NCBI GenBank assembly: GCA_016870595.1
Contig: VGBI01000004.1
Coordinates: forward strand, 1 to 63,631
DNA length: 63,631 bases
Direction: 5' to 3'
Origin: Actinomycetota bacterium
Lineage (GTDB): Bacteria; Actinomycetota; Acidimicrobiia; IMCC26256; PALSA-555
Numbering within the stretch: position 1 is the first letter of the stretch; every line of letters starts with the position of its first letter. Below are positions 8,312 to 18,972 of this stretch, piece after piece. The notes beneath the pieces are model-generated. The model saw nothing but the letters and a program-made list of their open reading frames with translations. It did not search any database and was not told the DNA's origin. Position numbers and translations under genes: made by a program.

Positions 8312-9067
8312 ATGGTGTTCGCCCTCGCCGCGGTCGCGACGTTCCTCGCCTGCAGTTTCGCCCTGGCGACCTTCCAGCGCGCCGCCGCCGGGCGGGGTCC
8401 GCACCAGTGGGCCTGGACCGTGGCCCTGGTCTGCTTCGCCGCCGCCTCGGCGGCCCTCGCGCTCGGCGCCTCCACGGGGTGGGACGCCGGCACGTACAAG
8501 GTCTTCTACCTGGGCGGCGCGATCCTCAGCGTGCCCTGGCTCGCCCTCGGCACGGTGTTCCTGCTCCTCGGCGGGCCGGCGGGCCGCCGGGTCCGGGGTG
8601 GCCTCGTCTTCGCCAGCGGACTGGCCACCGGCGTGATCCTCATGGCCGCGCTCGAGCCGATCTCGGGCCGGACCGTCCCGGTGGGCCGGGAGGTCTTCGT
8701 CGCCGCCCTGCCCCGGGTGCTCGCCGCCGTGGCGAGCAGCGGCGGTGCGATCGTGATCGTGGCCGGGGCCGGCTGGTCGGCGGTCCGGCTGCTGCGGTCC
8801 GCGGGCGGCCCCGGGCGGGGCCGCCTCGCCGCGGCCAACGCCCTGGTGGCGGTGGGCACGCTGGTCCTGTCGAGCGGCGGCCTGATCCAGGGTCGGGTCG
8901 GTCACGACGAGGCCTTCGCGATCACGTTGACCGTGGGGCTGGCTGTGGTCTACGCCGGGTTCCTCGTCGCCGACGGCGTCCGCCGCCCCGCGCCGGCGCC
9001 CGCGCCCGGCGCGCCCCCGGTCGTCGCGGCGTCGGCGCGTTGCGGCGACGGTCCGCAGCGCGGATAG
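8312..9067 (+). CDS. hypothetical polytopic membrane protein, immediately upstream of nuoA
   Basis: 251-aa ORF with about 6 hydrophobic segments and host codon usage. The stop lies 9 nt before the nuoA GTG. I recognise no family. Confidence 0.55.
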   Translation: MVFALAAVATFLACSFALATFQRAAAGRGPHQWAWTVALVCFAAASAALALGASTGWDAGTYKVFYLGGAILSVPWLALGTVFLLLGGPAGRRVRGGLVFASGLATGVILMAALEPISGRTVPVGREVFVAALPRVLAAVASSGGAIVIVAGAGWSAVRLLRSAGGPGRGRLAAANALVAVGTLVLSSGGLIQGRVGHDEAFAITLTVGLAVVYAGFLVADGVRRPAPAPAPGAPPVVAASARCGDGPQRG

Positions 9068-9076
9068 CCTGCTCCC

Positions 9077-9562
9077 GTGGCCCTGGAGCAGTACCTCCCG
9101 CTGTTCTCCCTGCTCGCGCTCGTGATCCTGTTCGCCGCACTGAGCTTCGTGGCGTCGCAGCTGCTCGGGCCCCGGCGTCCGACCGCGGCCAAGCAGGCGG
9201 CCTACGAGTGCGGGATCGTCCCCGAGGCCGAGCCGGTCGAGTGCTTCCCGGTCAAGTTCTACCTCGTGGCGATGGCCTTCATCGTGCTCGATGTGGAGAT
9301 CATCTTCCTCTACCCCTTCACCGTCGTCCTGCGCGACCTTGCCGGCTACGGGCTGCTCGCCATGGGGGTCTTCCTCGTCGTCGCCCTCGTCCCGTTCGGC
9401 TACCTCCTGTCGACCGGCGCGGTGGAGTGGGGTCCGGTGCGCCAGGTCGCCGAGCGCGTGGGCGCCCGGGTCCTGCGGGCCGCGGGCATGCCCGGGCGCG
9501 ACGGGCTCGACCCGGTCCGGACGTCCGACCGCGCCGACCACGCAGTGGAGGAGGCGGCCTGA
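9077..9562 (+). CDS. nuoA: NADH-quinone oxidoreductase subunit A (about 40-aa C-terminal extension)
   Basis: AYECG, the [14 protein letters not shown] motif and IFLYP are typical of NuoA/ND3. GTG start. The stop overlaps the nuoB ATG (ATGA-type junction). Confidence 0.92.
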   Translation: MALEQYLPLFSLLALVILFAALSFVASQLLGPRRPTAAKQAAYECGIVPEAEPVECFPVKFYLVAMAFIVLDVEIIFLYPFTVVLRDLAGYGLLAMGVFLVVALVPFGYLLSTGAVEWGPVRQVAERVGARVLRAAGMPGRDGLDPVRTSDRADHAVEEAA

Positions 9563-10122
9563 TGGGCCTCGAGGCGGTTCCCCACAACTTCCTCACCGGC
9601 CGGCTCGAGGACCTCGTCCGGTGGGCCCGCCGCAACTCCATGTGGCCGGCGTCCTTCGGCCTCGCCTGCTGCGCGATCGAGATGATGGCCGCCGGTGCCG
9701 CGCACTACGACCAGGCCCGGTTCGGCATGGAGGTGTTCCGGGCGAGCCCCCGCCAGGCCGACCTCATGGTCGTGGCCGGCCGGGTGAGCCAGAAGATGGC
9801 CCCGGTGCTGCGTCAGGTCTACGACCAGATGGTCGAGCCCAAGTGGGTGATCTCCATGGGCGTCTGCGCCAGCTCGGGCGGGATGTTCAACAACTACGCC
9901 ATCGTCCAGGGCGTCGACCAGATCGTGCCGGTCGACATCTACGTGCCCGGGTGCCCGCCCGGTCCGGAGACGCTCCTGCACGGGATCCTGCACCTCCACG
10001 ACCTCGTCCGCACCGGAGAGATCATGAAGCGCCGGGGTGGCCCGGGGGTCGGTGCGGGCGTGCACATCGACCAGCTCGACGGCGCCCCCTCCCCGGTGCG
10101 CAGATCGGCCAGGACCCCGTGA
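9562..10122 (+). CDS. nuoB: NADH-quinone oxidoreductase subunit B
   Basis: N2-cluster ligand motifs [18 protein letters not shown] and [10 protein letters not shown]. 186 aa from the ATG at 9562. Confidence 0.95.
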   Translation: MGLEAVPHNFLTGRLEDLVRWARRNSMWPASFGLACCAIEMMAAGAAHYDQARFGMEVFRASPRQADLMVVAGRVSQKMAPVLRQVYDQMVEPKWVISMGVCASSGGMFNNYAIVQGVDQIVPVDIYVPGCPPGPETLLHGILHLHDLVRTGEIMKRRGGPGVGAGVHIDQLDGAPSPVRRSARTP

Positions 10123-10691
10123 GCGACGCCACCCCCGACGCGCCCGCGCCCGATGCGCCCGCGCCCGATGCGGACGTCCCCGCGATCACCGACCCCGTGG
10201 CCGCGGCCGTGGTGGCGAAGTTCCCGGGATCGGTGGCGGTGGAGTCGCACGGTCAGTCCGTGGTCTACGTCGACCGCGCGTCGCTGCGCGCCGTCACCGA
10301 GTTCCTGCGCGACCAGGAACGCTTCACCCAGTGCTCCGACGTCACCGCCGTCGACCACGCGGCCGACCTGGAGCGCGTCGCGGTCCCGGGGGTCGCGCCC
10401 GAGCGGTTCGAGGTGGTGGTGAACCTGCTCTCCCACCCCCGCAACCGGCGCATCCGGCTCGTGGCCGAGGTGCCCGAGGCCGACCCGGTCGTCCCCAGCA
10501 TCACGCCGCTGTTCCCCGGCGCCAACTTCCCCGAGCGCGAGGCGTTCGACATGTTCGGCGTCGAGTTCGAGGGACACCCGGACCTCACCCGCATCCTCCT
10601 CCCCGACGACTGGTCGGGCCACCCGTTGCGCAAGGACGACCACCCGGCCCGCATCCCGGTCACGTTCAAGGGAGACCCGGCGCCGAGATGA
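10119..10691 (+). CDS. nuoC: NADH-quinone oxidoreductase subunit C
   Basis: [41 protein letters not shown] is the NuoC/30-kDa signature. GTG at 10119 overlaps the nuoB stop (GTGA). Confidence 0.92.
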   Translation: MSDATPDAPAPDAPAPDADVPAITDPVAAAVVAKFPGSVAVESHGQSVVYVDRASLRAVTEFLRDQERFTQCSDVTAVDHAADLERVAVPGVAPERFEVVVNLLSHPRNRRIRLVAEVPEADPVVPSITPLFPGANFPEREAFDMFGVEFEGHPDLTRILLPDDWSGHPLRKDDHPARIPVTFKGDPAPR

Positions 10692-10698
10692 GCAGGCC

Positions 10699-11988
10699 AT
10701 GAGCACCACCGAACGGGATCTCCGCGACGCCGCGCGTCTGGAGCACCAGACCGACGAGGGCGCGCAGGAGATGCAGCCCCGCCGCCGCGAAGTCGTCATG
10801 ACGGGCGGCATCTGGCCCGACGACGACGAGACGATGATCATCAACATGGGTCCGCAGCACCCGTCGACCCACGGCGTGCTCCGGATCATGATGGAGCTCG
10901 ACGGTGAGACGGTCGTGCGCGCGAAGCCGGTCATCGGCTACCTGCACACCGGCATGGAGAAGACCGGCGAGCAGCTCACCTACGTCCAGGGTGGCACCAA
11001 CGTCACCCGCATGGACTACCTGGCCTGCCTCTCCAACGAGCTGGTGTTCGCGCTGGCGGTGGAGAACCTGCTCGACGTCGAGATCCCCGAGCGTGCCGTG
11101 TGGATGCGGATGATGCTGGTCGAGCTCCAGCGGATGGCGTCGCACCTCCTGTACCAGGCCGCCAACGGCATGGACATCGGCGCGCTGTCGATGATGATCT
11201 ACGGCTGGCGGGAGCGCGAGCAGGTGCTTCGCCTGCTCGAGATGATCACCGGCCTGCGGATGAACCACAACTTCATCCGCGTCGGCGGCCTCGCCGCCGA
11301 CCTGCCCGACGGATGGCAGGCGGCGACGCTCGAGGTGTGCGACGCGGTCGAGGCCGGGGTCGCGGAGTACGAGACCCTGCTGTGCGACAACCCGATCTGG
11401 CAGGAGCGCACCCAGGGCGTGGGCGTCATCACCACCGAGCAGGCGCTCGCCTTCGGAGCCACCGGGCCGATCCTGCGGTCCACCGGCTTCCCCTGGGACC
11501 TCCGCAAGGCCCAGCCGTACCTGGCCTACGACGCCGTCGACTTCGAGGTGATCTACACCGACAACGGTGACGCCTACGACCGCTTCCTCATCCGGCTGTT
11601 CGAGATCCTCGAGTCGGTGAAGATCGTCCGCCAGTGCGTGGCCCGGATGCCCGAGGGCGACTACCGGGTCCAGGACCGCAAGGTCACGCCGCCGCCCCGC
11701 GCCCGCATCGACGAGTCGATGGAGGCGCTCATTCACCACTTCAAGCTCTTCACCGAGGGATTCAAGGTCCCGGCGGGCGAGACCTACGTCGCGGTCGAGT
11801 CCCCCCGGGGCGAGGTCGGGTGCTACCTCGTGTCCGACGGCTCGCCCAAGCCGGTCCGCCTGCACGTGCGGGGGGCGTCGTTCTACAACCTCCAGTCGAT
11901 GGAGGTGATGGTCCCGGGGAGCATGGTCGCCGATGCCGTCGCGGTCATCTCCAGCATCGACCCGGTGATGGGGGAGGTGGATCGCTGA
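10699..11988 (+). CDS. nuoD: NADH-quinone oxidoreductase subunit D
   Basis: INMGPQHPSTHGVLRI, IGYLHTGMEK, RMDYL and the C-terminal DPVMGEVDR are 49-kDa subunit hallmarks. 429 aa. Confidence 0.96.
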   Translation: MSTTERDLRDAARLEHQTDEGAQEMQPRRREVVMTGGIWPDDDETMIINMGPQHPSTHGVLRIMMELDGETVVRAKPVIGYLHTGMEKTGEQLTYVQGGTNVTRMDYLACLSNELVFALAVENLLDVEIPERAVWMRMMLVELQRMASHLLYQAANGMDIGALSMMIYGWREREQVLRLLEMITGLRMNHNFIRVGGLAADLPDGWQAATLEVCDAVEAGVAEYETLLCDNPIWQERTQGVGVITTEQALAFGATGPILRSTGFPWDLRKAQPYLAYDAVDFEVIYTDNGDAYDRFLIRLFEILESVKIVRQCVARMPEGDYRVQDRKVTPPPRARIDESMEALIHHFKLFTEGFKVPAGETYVAVESPRGEVGCYLVSDGSPKPVRLHVRGASFYNLQSMEVMVPGSMVADAVAVISSIDPVMGEVDR

Positions 11989-12488
11989 TGGCCTTCTCCG
12001 GCACCGAGCGCCGACGCGCCGAGGAGATCGTGGCCCGGTACCCGCAGTCCCGCTCGGCCACGTTGCCGCTGCTGTTCATGGTCCAGGACCGCGACGGGTG
12101 GGTCACGCCGCAGGGGATCGAGGACGTCGCCGAGTTCCTCGGCCTGACCCCGGCGGTCGTCCTCGGGACCTGCAGCTTCTACACGATGTTCAAGCTGTCG
12201 CCGGTCGGGAGGCTCGTCGTGTCGGTGTGCACGAACGTCTCCTGCCTCGTCAACGGCGGCCCGCAGCTCCACGAGCACCTCCGGCGCGAGTACGCGCGCA
12301 GCGACGACGTCTTCATCGAGGAGGTGGAGTGCCTCGCCGCCTGCGACCGCGCGCCGGCGCTCCAGATCAACTACGACTTCCACGGCCCGCTCACCGGTGA
12401 GCAGGCGGTGGACCTGATCGAGCGCCACCGGTCGGGCGAGCTCACGGCGCGCACGATCTCGGGCACGGCTACCGGAGGAGAGGTTTGA
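11988..12488 (+). CDS. nuoE: NADH-quinone oxidoreductase subunit E
   Basis: 2Fe-2S ligands VCTNVSC and ECLAACDRAP. 166 aa. ATGA overlap with the nuoD stop. Confidence 0.93.
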   Translation: MAFSGTERRRAEEIVARYPQSRSATLPLLFMVQDRDGWVTPQGIEDVAEFLGLTPAVVLGTCSFYTMFKLSPVGRLVVSVCTNVSCLVNGGPQLHEHLRREYARSDDVFIEEVECLAACDRAPALQINYDFHGPLTGEQAVDLIERHRSGELTARTISGTATGGEV

Positions 12489-13828
12489 TGGCCCAGGAAA
12501 CCCCCGTCGTTACCCGGTTCATGCGGGAGCGCCCCGACGACTCCTGGCAGTTCGAGAGCGCGCGGGCCTACAACGCCGCGTACACGCGCCTCGAGCGGGC
12601 CTTCGCGATGGGCCCTGAGGCAATCGTGGAGGCGGTGCGGCAGTCCGGGCTCCGGGGCAAGGGTGGCGCCGGCTTCGGCACCGGCCAGAAGTGGTCCTTC
12701 CTGCCGAAGGGCGTGTTCCCCCGCTACCTCTGCATCAACGGCGACGAGGGCGAGCCCGCCACCTTCAAGGATCACATGCTCACCGAGCGCGACCCCCACC
12801 AGCTGGTGGAGGGTGCGATCATCACTGCGTACGCGATCCAGGCGAACCACGCCTTCATCTACCTGCGCGGCGAGTTCGCCATCGGGGCCGACCGGCTCCA
12901 GCAGGCGATCGACGACGCCTACGCCCACGGGTTCCTGGGCAAGGACATCGGCGGGTCGGGCTTCGACCTCGAGCTGGTGCTCCATCGCGGCGCCGGGTGC
13001 TACATCGCCGGCGACGAGACCGGCCTGCTCTCGAGCCTCGAGGGCGAGCGGGCCATGCCCCGGATCAAGCCGCCGTTCCCGGCGGCCCAGGGGCTCTACG
13101 CAGCCCCGACCGTGGTCAACAACATCGAGACCATCTCCACGATCCCGTGGATCATCGCCAACGGCGCCGAGTGGTACGCGGGCATGGGGGTCAACCGCTC
13201 CACCGGCACCCGCATCTTCTCGGTGTCGGGTCACGTCGAGCGCCCGGGCAACTACGAGATCGAGCTGGGCATGACCTTCCGCGAGCTGATCGAGGGGCTC
13301 GCCGGTGGCGTGCGGGACGGCAAGCGCATGAAGTTCTTCATCCCCGGTGGCGCCTCCTCGCCGTGGCTGCTGCCCGAGCACCTCGACTCCCCGCTCGACA
13401 TGGACTACGCCAGCTCGGAGTTGCGCACGATGCTCGGCTCCGGCGCGATCATGGTGTTCGACGAGACCACCGACCCGCTGCTCGTGTCGTGGCGGCTCGC
13501 GAAGTTCTACGCCCACGAGTCGTGCGGGAAGTGCACGCCGTGCCGTGAGGGCTCGTCGTGGATCGAGAAGGTCCTCTACCGGATGGTCAACGGCCAGGGT
13601 CGCCCCGAGGACCTCGACCTGCTGCTCTCGTTCGGCAGCAACATCGTCCCCGAGCTCAACGCCCCCTTCGCCCAGACGACGATCTGCGCCCTCGGCCCGA
13701 GCACGATGAGCCACGTCGTCAGCCTCGACCGTTGGTTCCGCGACGAGATCGTGGCGCGGCTCGAGCGCGACACCGCGCGGCGCACGAGCCTCGAGATCGT
13801 CACCGTGGGCGGCGGAGCCGACGCATGA
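12488..13828 (+). CDS. nuoF: NADH-quinone oxidoreductase subunit F
   Basis: FMN/NADH site GLRGKGGAGFGTGQKW and the N3 cluster motif ESCGKCTPCREG. The ATG at 12488 overlaps the nuoE stop; the track's TTG at 12485 is also possible. Confidence 0.95.
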   Translation: MAQETPVVTRFMRERPDDSWQFESARAYNAAYTRLERAFAMGPEAIVEAVRQSGLRGKGGAGFGTGQKWSFLPKGVFPRYLCINGDEGEPATFKDHMLTERDPHQLVEGAIITAYAIQANHAFIYLRGEFAIGADRLQQAIDDAYAHGFLGKDIGGSGFDLELVLHRGAGCYIAGDETGLLSSLEGERAMPRIKPPFPAAQGLYAAPTVVNNIETISTIPWIIANGAEWYAGMGVNRSTGTRIFSVSGHVERPGNYEIELGMTFRELIEGLAGGVRDGKRMKFFIPGGASSPWLLPEHLDSPLDMDYASSELRTMLGSGAIMVFDETTDPLLVSWRLAKFYAHESCGKCTPCREGSSWIEKVLYRMVNGQGRPEDLDLLLSFGSNIVPELNAPFAQTTICALGPSTMSHVVSLDRWFRDEIVARLERDTARRTSLEIVTVGGGADA

Positions 13829-16494
13829 GCGCCGACGCGGTCCGGATGAGCCAGTGGCCGTCCGAGCAGCCCTACGTGATCCCCGTGGCCCCCGGACCCG
13901 ACGTGGCCACGGTGACCATCGACGGCAAGGAGGTGCAGGTCCCCCGGGGCGAGCTCCTCATCAAGGTCGCCCAGGACCACGGCACCTACATCCCGCGGTT
14001 CTGCTGGCACGAGCGCATGAAGCCGGTCGGGATGTGCCGGATGTGCCTCGTGGAGGTCGAGGGCATGCGGGGCCTCCAGATCTCGTGCGCGACCCCGGTC
14101 ACCGACGGCATGGTCGTGCACACCCAGAGCCCGGGGGTCAAGGCCGCCCAGGACGGCGTGCTCGAGTTCCTCCTCGTCAACCACCCGCTCGACTGCCCGG
14201 TCTGCGACCGCGGTGGCGAGTGCCCGCTGCAGGACCAGACCCTCGCGTTCGGGCCGGGCGAGTCGCGCTTCGTCGAGGAGAAGCGCCACTTCGAGAAGCC
14301 GATCCCGATCAGCGACACCGTCCTGCTCGACCGGGAGCGCTGCATCCAGTGCGGTCGCTGCACCCGGTTCGCCTCCGAGATCGCCGGTGACGCCCTCATC
14401 CACTTCGGGGGGCGGGGCAGCGCCACCGAGGTCATCACGTACCCCGACGAGCCCTTCTCGTCGTACTTCGCCGGGAACACCGTCCAGATCTGCCCGGTCG
14501 GCGCCCTCACCGCGAGCCCGTACCGGTTCCGGGCCCGCCCCTGGGACCTCGACAGCGTCGAGACGTCGTGCCAGCAGTGCGCGGTGGGGTGCCGCGGCGC
14601 GCTCGAGTCGACCTCGAACCGGCTCGTCCGTCTCCTCGGGGTCGACCTCGACGCCGTGAACCAGGGTTGGCTCTGCGACCGCGGCCGCTACGCCTACGAG
14701 TGGGTGCACAGCGACGCCCGGGTCACTACGCCGCGTCTGGCCCTTGAGGGCGGGCTGGCCGAGGCGACCTGGCCCCAGGCCCTCGACGCCGCCGCCGAGG
14801 CGCTGCGGCGGGCGCGCGACGAGCACGGACCCGACGCGATCGGGGTGCTCGGTGGCGCGCGTGGCACCAACGAGGACGCCTACGCCTGGGCCCGGTTGGC
14901 CAAGGGGGTCCTGCACACCGACAACGTCGACGCCCAGCTCGACGACGGCCTGCCCGCCGAGGTCGTCCTCGGTCTGCCCCGGGCGACCATCGACGACCTC
15001 GACCGCGCCGCCGCGATCGTGGTCGTGGGTCCCGACCCGAAGGAGGCCCTGCCGGTCCTGTACCTGCGGATCCGGGCGGCGGCCGAGGCCGGCGTGCCGG
15101 TGGTCGACGTCTCCACCCACGACAACGGCTGCACCCCGTTCGCCGCGTGCTCGCTGCGCCACCGACCCGGCGAGGTCGCGACCCCGGTCGCGGCGCTCGC
15201 CGAGGTGCTCGCGGGCCGGACCACCGGGTCCGACGCCGACCGGCTCGCCGCCCTCCTCGCCGACCGCGACGGTCCCGTGGTGGTCGTCCTCGGCCGCCCG
15301 TCCCTGGCCGAGCCGGCCACTGCGGTCGTCCACGCGGCCTCCCTCCTGGCCGCGGTCCCCACCGTCCGCTTCCTTCCGGCGCTGCACCGCGGCAACGTCC
15401 ACGGCGCGCTCGACCTCGGCCTCGCGCCGGGCCTCCTGCCCGGCCGGGTCACGCTCGACGCCGGGCGGACCCACGTGGGCGCGGGCTGGGGCGGCGTTCC
15501 CGCCGCCCGTGGGCTCGACGCCCGGGGCATCCTCACCGCTGCCGCCGACGGGCGCATCCGCACCCTGGTGCTGCTCGGCTGCGACCCCCTGACCGACTTC
15601 CCCGATCGCCCGCTGGTCGAGCGGGCCCTCGCCGCGGTCGGGACGGTGGTGGTCGTCGGCGCCTTCGCCGACGCGGCCGGCGGCCACGCCGACGTCGTGC
15701 TGCCCACCACCGTGTGGGGGGAGCACGACGGTTCCGGCACCAACCTCGAGGGCCGTGTGCAGCGGCTCGCCCGCAAGGTCACCCCCGGCGGCGCGGCCAT
15801 GGAGGCGTGGCGGATCGCCGGTGAGCTCGCGGCGCGCCTCGGGGTCGACTTCGACCTCGAGCTCACCGCCGAGGTCCAGGACGAGATCGCCCGCGTGGCG
15901 CCCGCCTTCGCCGGGGTCGACGCCGCCGTGCTGCGCCGTGCCCGCGACGGCGTGGTGCTCCCGCTCGCCGACCACGCCGACGAGATCGCCTGGGGCCCCG
16001 CGCCCCTGGGCGCCGGCGTGTCCTGGGAGCCGATCCCGGCCGGCGCCGATGCCGAGCCCGTCCCCGCCGGGGCCGAGGCCGCCGTGGCGCCCGCGAGACC
16101 GCCGGCGCCGCCCGTGGCGCTGTGGGAGTGGCGGGGCCCGGCCGAGCCCGCACCGACGGTGCCGGTCGACGCGTACGCACTCCGGGTCGTGGCCGCCCGC
16201 ACGCTCTACGGCGCCGACCGGGCCGTGCTCGAGTCCCCGTCCCTCGCCGCGTTCGCGCCGCGCGACGCCGTGCTGCTGGTGAGCCGGACCGATCGCGACC
16301 GCATCGGCGTGGCCGACGGCGACCGCGTGCGGGTCACCTCGGCCCGGGCCACGGTCGAGCTCCCCGTCGTGGCCGACGCGCGCATCCCCCAGGGCGTCGC
16401 CTTCCTCCCCGCCAACCGGGCGGGCGCGGGCATCGGCGACCTCGTCGACCCCGATGCGGCGGTGACCGACCTTCGGGTGGAGACGCTGCGGTGA
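13825..16494 (+). CDS. nuoG: NADH-quinone oxidoreductase subunit G
   Basis: TIDGKEVQVPRG, CWHERMKPVGMCRMCLVEV, HPLDCPVCDRGGECPLQD and CIQCGRCTRF Fe-S motifs. 889 aa from the ATG at 13825 (ATGA overlap). Confidence 0.95.
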   Translation: MSADAVRMSQWPSEQPYVIPVAPGPDVATVTIDGKEVQVPRGELLIKVAQDHGTYIPRFCWHERMKPVGMCRMCLVEVEGMRGLQISCATPVTDGMVVHTQSPGVKAAQDGVLEFLLVNHPLDCPVCDRGGECPLQDQTLAFGPGESRFVEEKRHFEKPIPISDTVLLDRERCIQCGRCTRFASEIAGDALIHFGGRGSATEVITYPDEPFSSYFAGNTVQICPVGALTASPYRFRARPWDLDSVETSCQQCAVGCRGALESTSNRLVRLLGVDLDAVNQGWLCDRGRYAYEWVHSDARVTTPRLALEGGLAEATWPQALDAAAEALRRARDEHGPDAIGVLGGARGTNEDAYAWARLAKGVLHTDNVDAQLDDGLPAEVVLGLPRATIDDLDRAAAIVVVGPDPKEALPVLYLRIRAAAEAGVPVVDVSTHDNGCTPFAACSLRHRPGEVATPVAALAEVLAGRTTGSDADRLAALLADRDGPVVVVLGRPSLAEPATAVVHAASLLAAVPTVRFLPALHRGNVHGALDLGLAPGLLPGRVTLDAGRTHVGAGWGGVPAARGLDARGILTAAADGRIRTLVLLGCDPLTDFPDRPLVERALAAVGTVVVVGAFADAAGGHADVVLPTTVWGEHDGSGTNLEGRVQRLARKVTPGGAAMEAWRIAGELAARLGVDFDLELTAEVQDEIARVAPAFAGVDAAVLRRARDGVVLPLADHADEIAWGPAPLGAGVSWEPIPAGADAEPVPAGAEAAVAPARPPAPPVALWEWRGPAEPAPTVPVDAYALRVVAARTLYGADRAVLESPSLAAFAPRDAVLLVSRTDRDRIGVADGDRVRVTSARATVELPVVADARIPQGVAFLPANRAGAGIGDLVDPDAAVTDLRVETLR

Positions 16495-17696
16495 TCCCGC
16501 TCCTGGGCGCCGACCCGCTGTTCCGCAACGGCATCGACGGCACCGTCGTGCTCATCGTCATCGTCAAGACGATCATCGTGTTCACGGTGCTGCTCGTCGC
16601 GGTGATGTTCTACGTGTGGTTCATGCGCAAGGTCATCGCCGACATGCAGAACCGCATCGGTCCGCAGCGGGCCGGGCCCTTCGGCGTCCTCCAGACCCTC
16701 GCCGACGGCATCAAGCTGTTCTTCAAGGAGCAGTCCTCGCCGGAGTGCGCCGATCCCCCGGTGTTCCGGCTCGCGCCCTACCTGGCGATCATCCCCGCGT
16801 TCATGGCCTTCGCCATCGTCCCGATCGGCGGGCTCGTCCCGGTCGCCGGCCGCGAGACCTACCTCCAGCTCGCCGACCCCGGGATCGGGGTCCTCTGGCT
16901 GCTGATGATGTCGGGGATCGGCCTCTACGGGGTGATGCTCGCGGGGTGGGCGTCGGGCTCGAAGTACCCCCTCCTCGGATCGGTGCGGGCGTCGGCCCAG
17001 CTCCTGAGCTACGAGGCCGCCCTCGGCCTCGCGGTCGTCGGCGTGCTCGTCCACTCCGGATCGCTGTCCACCCGCACGATCGTCGACCAGCAGGCCTGGA
17101 CCGGCCTCGGGTCGATCGTCTCGCAGTGGTACTGGCTGCCGGCGATCGGCGCCTTCGTCATCTTCTGCATCTCGGCCATCGCCGAGACCAACCATCCGCC
17201 CTTCGACCTGGTCGAGGCCGAGCAGGAGCTGGTGGGCGGGTTCCACACCGAGTACACGGGGATCCGCTTCGCGATCTTCTTCCTCGCCGAGTTCATGAAC
17301 GTCATCACCATGAGCGCGATCGCGGTGACGCTCTTCCTCGGGGGCCCCGCGGGCCCGGCCCTGGGGTTCCTCGCCGCCGACTCGTGGGTCAACGTCTGGG
17401 TGATGCCGGTCTTCTGGTTCACGGTGAAGCTGCTCGTGCTGCTCTACGCCACGGTGTGGATCCGGGCGACGCTGCCCCGGTTGCGCTATGACCAGCTCAT
17501 GGCCCTGGGCTGGAAGTACCTGATCGAGCTCGCCTTCCTGTGGGCGATGGTCTCGGGTGTCGTGGTCGTGGGCGCCCGCGAGGGCTGGAACCGCTGGGTG
17601 ACCGTGCCCGCCGCGGTCGCCGGCGCCGGTGTCGTCCTCGCCGTCCTGTGGGCCTGCCTCCCCCGCCGCGGCGAGCCGGTGGAGGAGATCCGCTGA
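16491..17696 (+). CDS. nuoH: NADH-quinone oxidoreductase subunit H
   Basis: ADMQNRIGPQRAGPFGVLQTLADGIKLF, ETNHPPFDLVEAEQELVGGFHTEYTG and PRLRYDQLM are ND1/NuoH signatures. GTGA junction. Confidence 0.95.
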   Translation: MIPLLGADPLFRNGIDGTVVLIVIVKTIIVFTVLLVAVMFYVWFMRKVIADMQNRIGPQRAGPFGVLQTLADGIKLFFKEQSSPECADPPVFRLAPYLAIIPAFMAFAIVPIGGLVPVAGRETYLQLADPGIGVLWLLMMSGIGLYGVMLAGWASGSKYPLLGSVRASAQLLSYEAALGLAVVGVLVHSGSLSTRTIVDQQAWTGLGSIVSQWYWLPAIGAFVIFCISAIAETNHPPFDLVEAEQELVGGFHTEYTGIRFAIFFLAEFMNVITMSAIAVTLFLGGPAGPALGFLAADSWVNVWVMPVFWFTVKLLVLLYATVWIRATLPRLRYDQLMALGWKYLIELAFLWAMVSGVVVVGAREGWNRWVTVPAAVAGAGVVLAVLWACLPRRGEPVEEIR

Positions 17697-18367
17697 TGGG
17701 TCGGTTCAGTGGCTTCGGGATCACCATCCGCCAGGTCGGCAAGGTCGTCACCGGGAACTACCCGGAGGAGAAGCGGCCCAAGCCGGCCCGGTTCCACGGT
17801 CGCCACGTCCTCAACCGCTACGAGGACGGCATGGAGAAGTGCATCGGCTGCGAGCTGTGTGCCGGGGTCTGCCCGGCCCGGTGCATCTACGTGCGGGGGG
17901 CCGACAACCCCGCCGACGCCCCGGTCTCACCTGGGGAGCGCTACGGGTTCGTCTACGAGATCAACTACCTGCGCTGCATCCACTGCGACCTCTGCGTCGA
18001 GGCGTGCCCCACCGAGGCCATCACCGAGACCAAGCTGTTCGAGTTCTCGTTCACCAACCGGTCCGACGCGATCTACACGAAGTCCGAGCTGCTGGTCGAC
18101 GACGCCGGCCGGGCCCGGCGCCAGCCCTGGGAGCTGTGGCTGGGCGGCGAGGACGACGAGGCCAGCGCGTGGATGCGGGCCACCGCCCCGTCCGGGCAGG
18201 CTGCGTTCGAGGGCCGGGTCGGCTGGTCGGGCGAGCTCGGCTTCGGCGTGCGCGCCCCCGAGCAGGGCCAGACCGCGCCGAGCCCGCTCGCGCCGGAGGT
18301 CGATCCCGCCGACGGGTCCGGCGACCACGGTCACGGCGACCACGGCCACGGGAGCGGTGGGCATTGA
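17696..18367 (+). CDS. nuoI: NADH-quinone oxidoreductase subunit I (long C-terminal extension ending in a His-rich tail)
   Basis: Two ferredoxin motifs, [12 protein letters not shown] and [12 protein letters not shown]. 223 aa. The tail ends in [15 protein letters not shown]. Confidence 0.94.
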   Translation: MGRFSGFGITIRQVGKVVTGNYPEEKRPKPARFHGRHVLNRYEDGMEKCIGCELCAGVCPARCIYVRGADNPADAPVSPGERYGFVYEINYLRCIHCDLCVEACPTEAITETKLFEFSFTNRSDAIYTKSELLVDDAGRARRQPWELWLGGEDDEASAWMRATAPSGQAAFEGRVGWSGELGFGVRAPEQGQTAPSPLAPEVDPADGSGDHGHGDHGHGSGGH

Positions 18368-18972
18368 TCCCGGCCCTGTTCTTCCTCGCTGCCGCCGCCA
18401 CGCTCGCCGGCGCCCTCGGCGTCGTGCTCGCGCGCAATCCGGTCCACGCCGCGCTCTTCCTCGTCCAGACCCTGATCGCCGTGGCGGTGCTGTTCCTCCT
18501 CCAGGACGCCGAGCTGGTGGCCGCCGTGCAGGTGATCGTCTACGCGAGCGCGATCGTCGTGCTGTTCCTCTTCGTGATCATGCTGCTCGGGGTGGACCGG
18601 GCCGAGTCGATGGAGGACCGGGTCCCCTCCCAGCGCCCGGCCGCGATCGCGCTCGGGATCATCCTGCTGGTGGAGCTCCTCGTCCTCGCCGGCCACGAGT
18701 GGGCGACCGGGCAGCCGACGGCGAGCGGCGTCCCGCTCGAGGGCGGCGGGTTCGGGGGCAACGTCGAGCGGGTCGCCCGCGTGCTGTTCACCGACTTCCT
18801 CTGGGCGTTCGAGATCACCTCGGTCCTGCTCGTGATCGCCGTCGTGGGGGCCGTGGTCCTGGCCCGGCGCAGCGGCCAGAAGGGCGCGCCCATCGACGCG
18901 GCCGAAGTGGCCGACGCAGCCGACGCCACCGACGGGGACGACGCCGGTGCCGCCGAGGAGGCCCGGGTATGA
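18364..18972 (+). CDS. nuoJ: NADH-quinone oxidoreductase subunit J
   Basis: [50 protein letters not shown] is typical ND6/NuoJ. The only in-frame start is TTG at 18364 (TTGA overlap with the nuoI stop). Confidence 0.9.
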   Translation: MIPALFFLAAAATLAGALGVVLARNPVHAALFLVQTLIAVAVLFLLQDAELVAAVQVIVYASAIVVLFLFVIMLLGVDRAESMEDRVPSQRPAAIALGIILLVELLVLAGHEWATGQPTASGVPLEGGGFGGNVERVARVLFTDFLWAFEITSVLLVIAVVGAVVLARRSGQKGAPIDAAEVADAADATDGDDAGAAEEARV

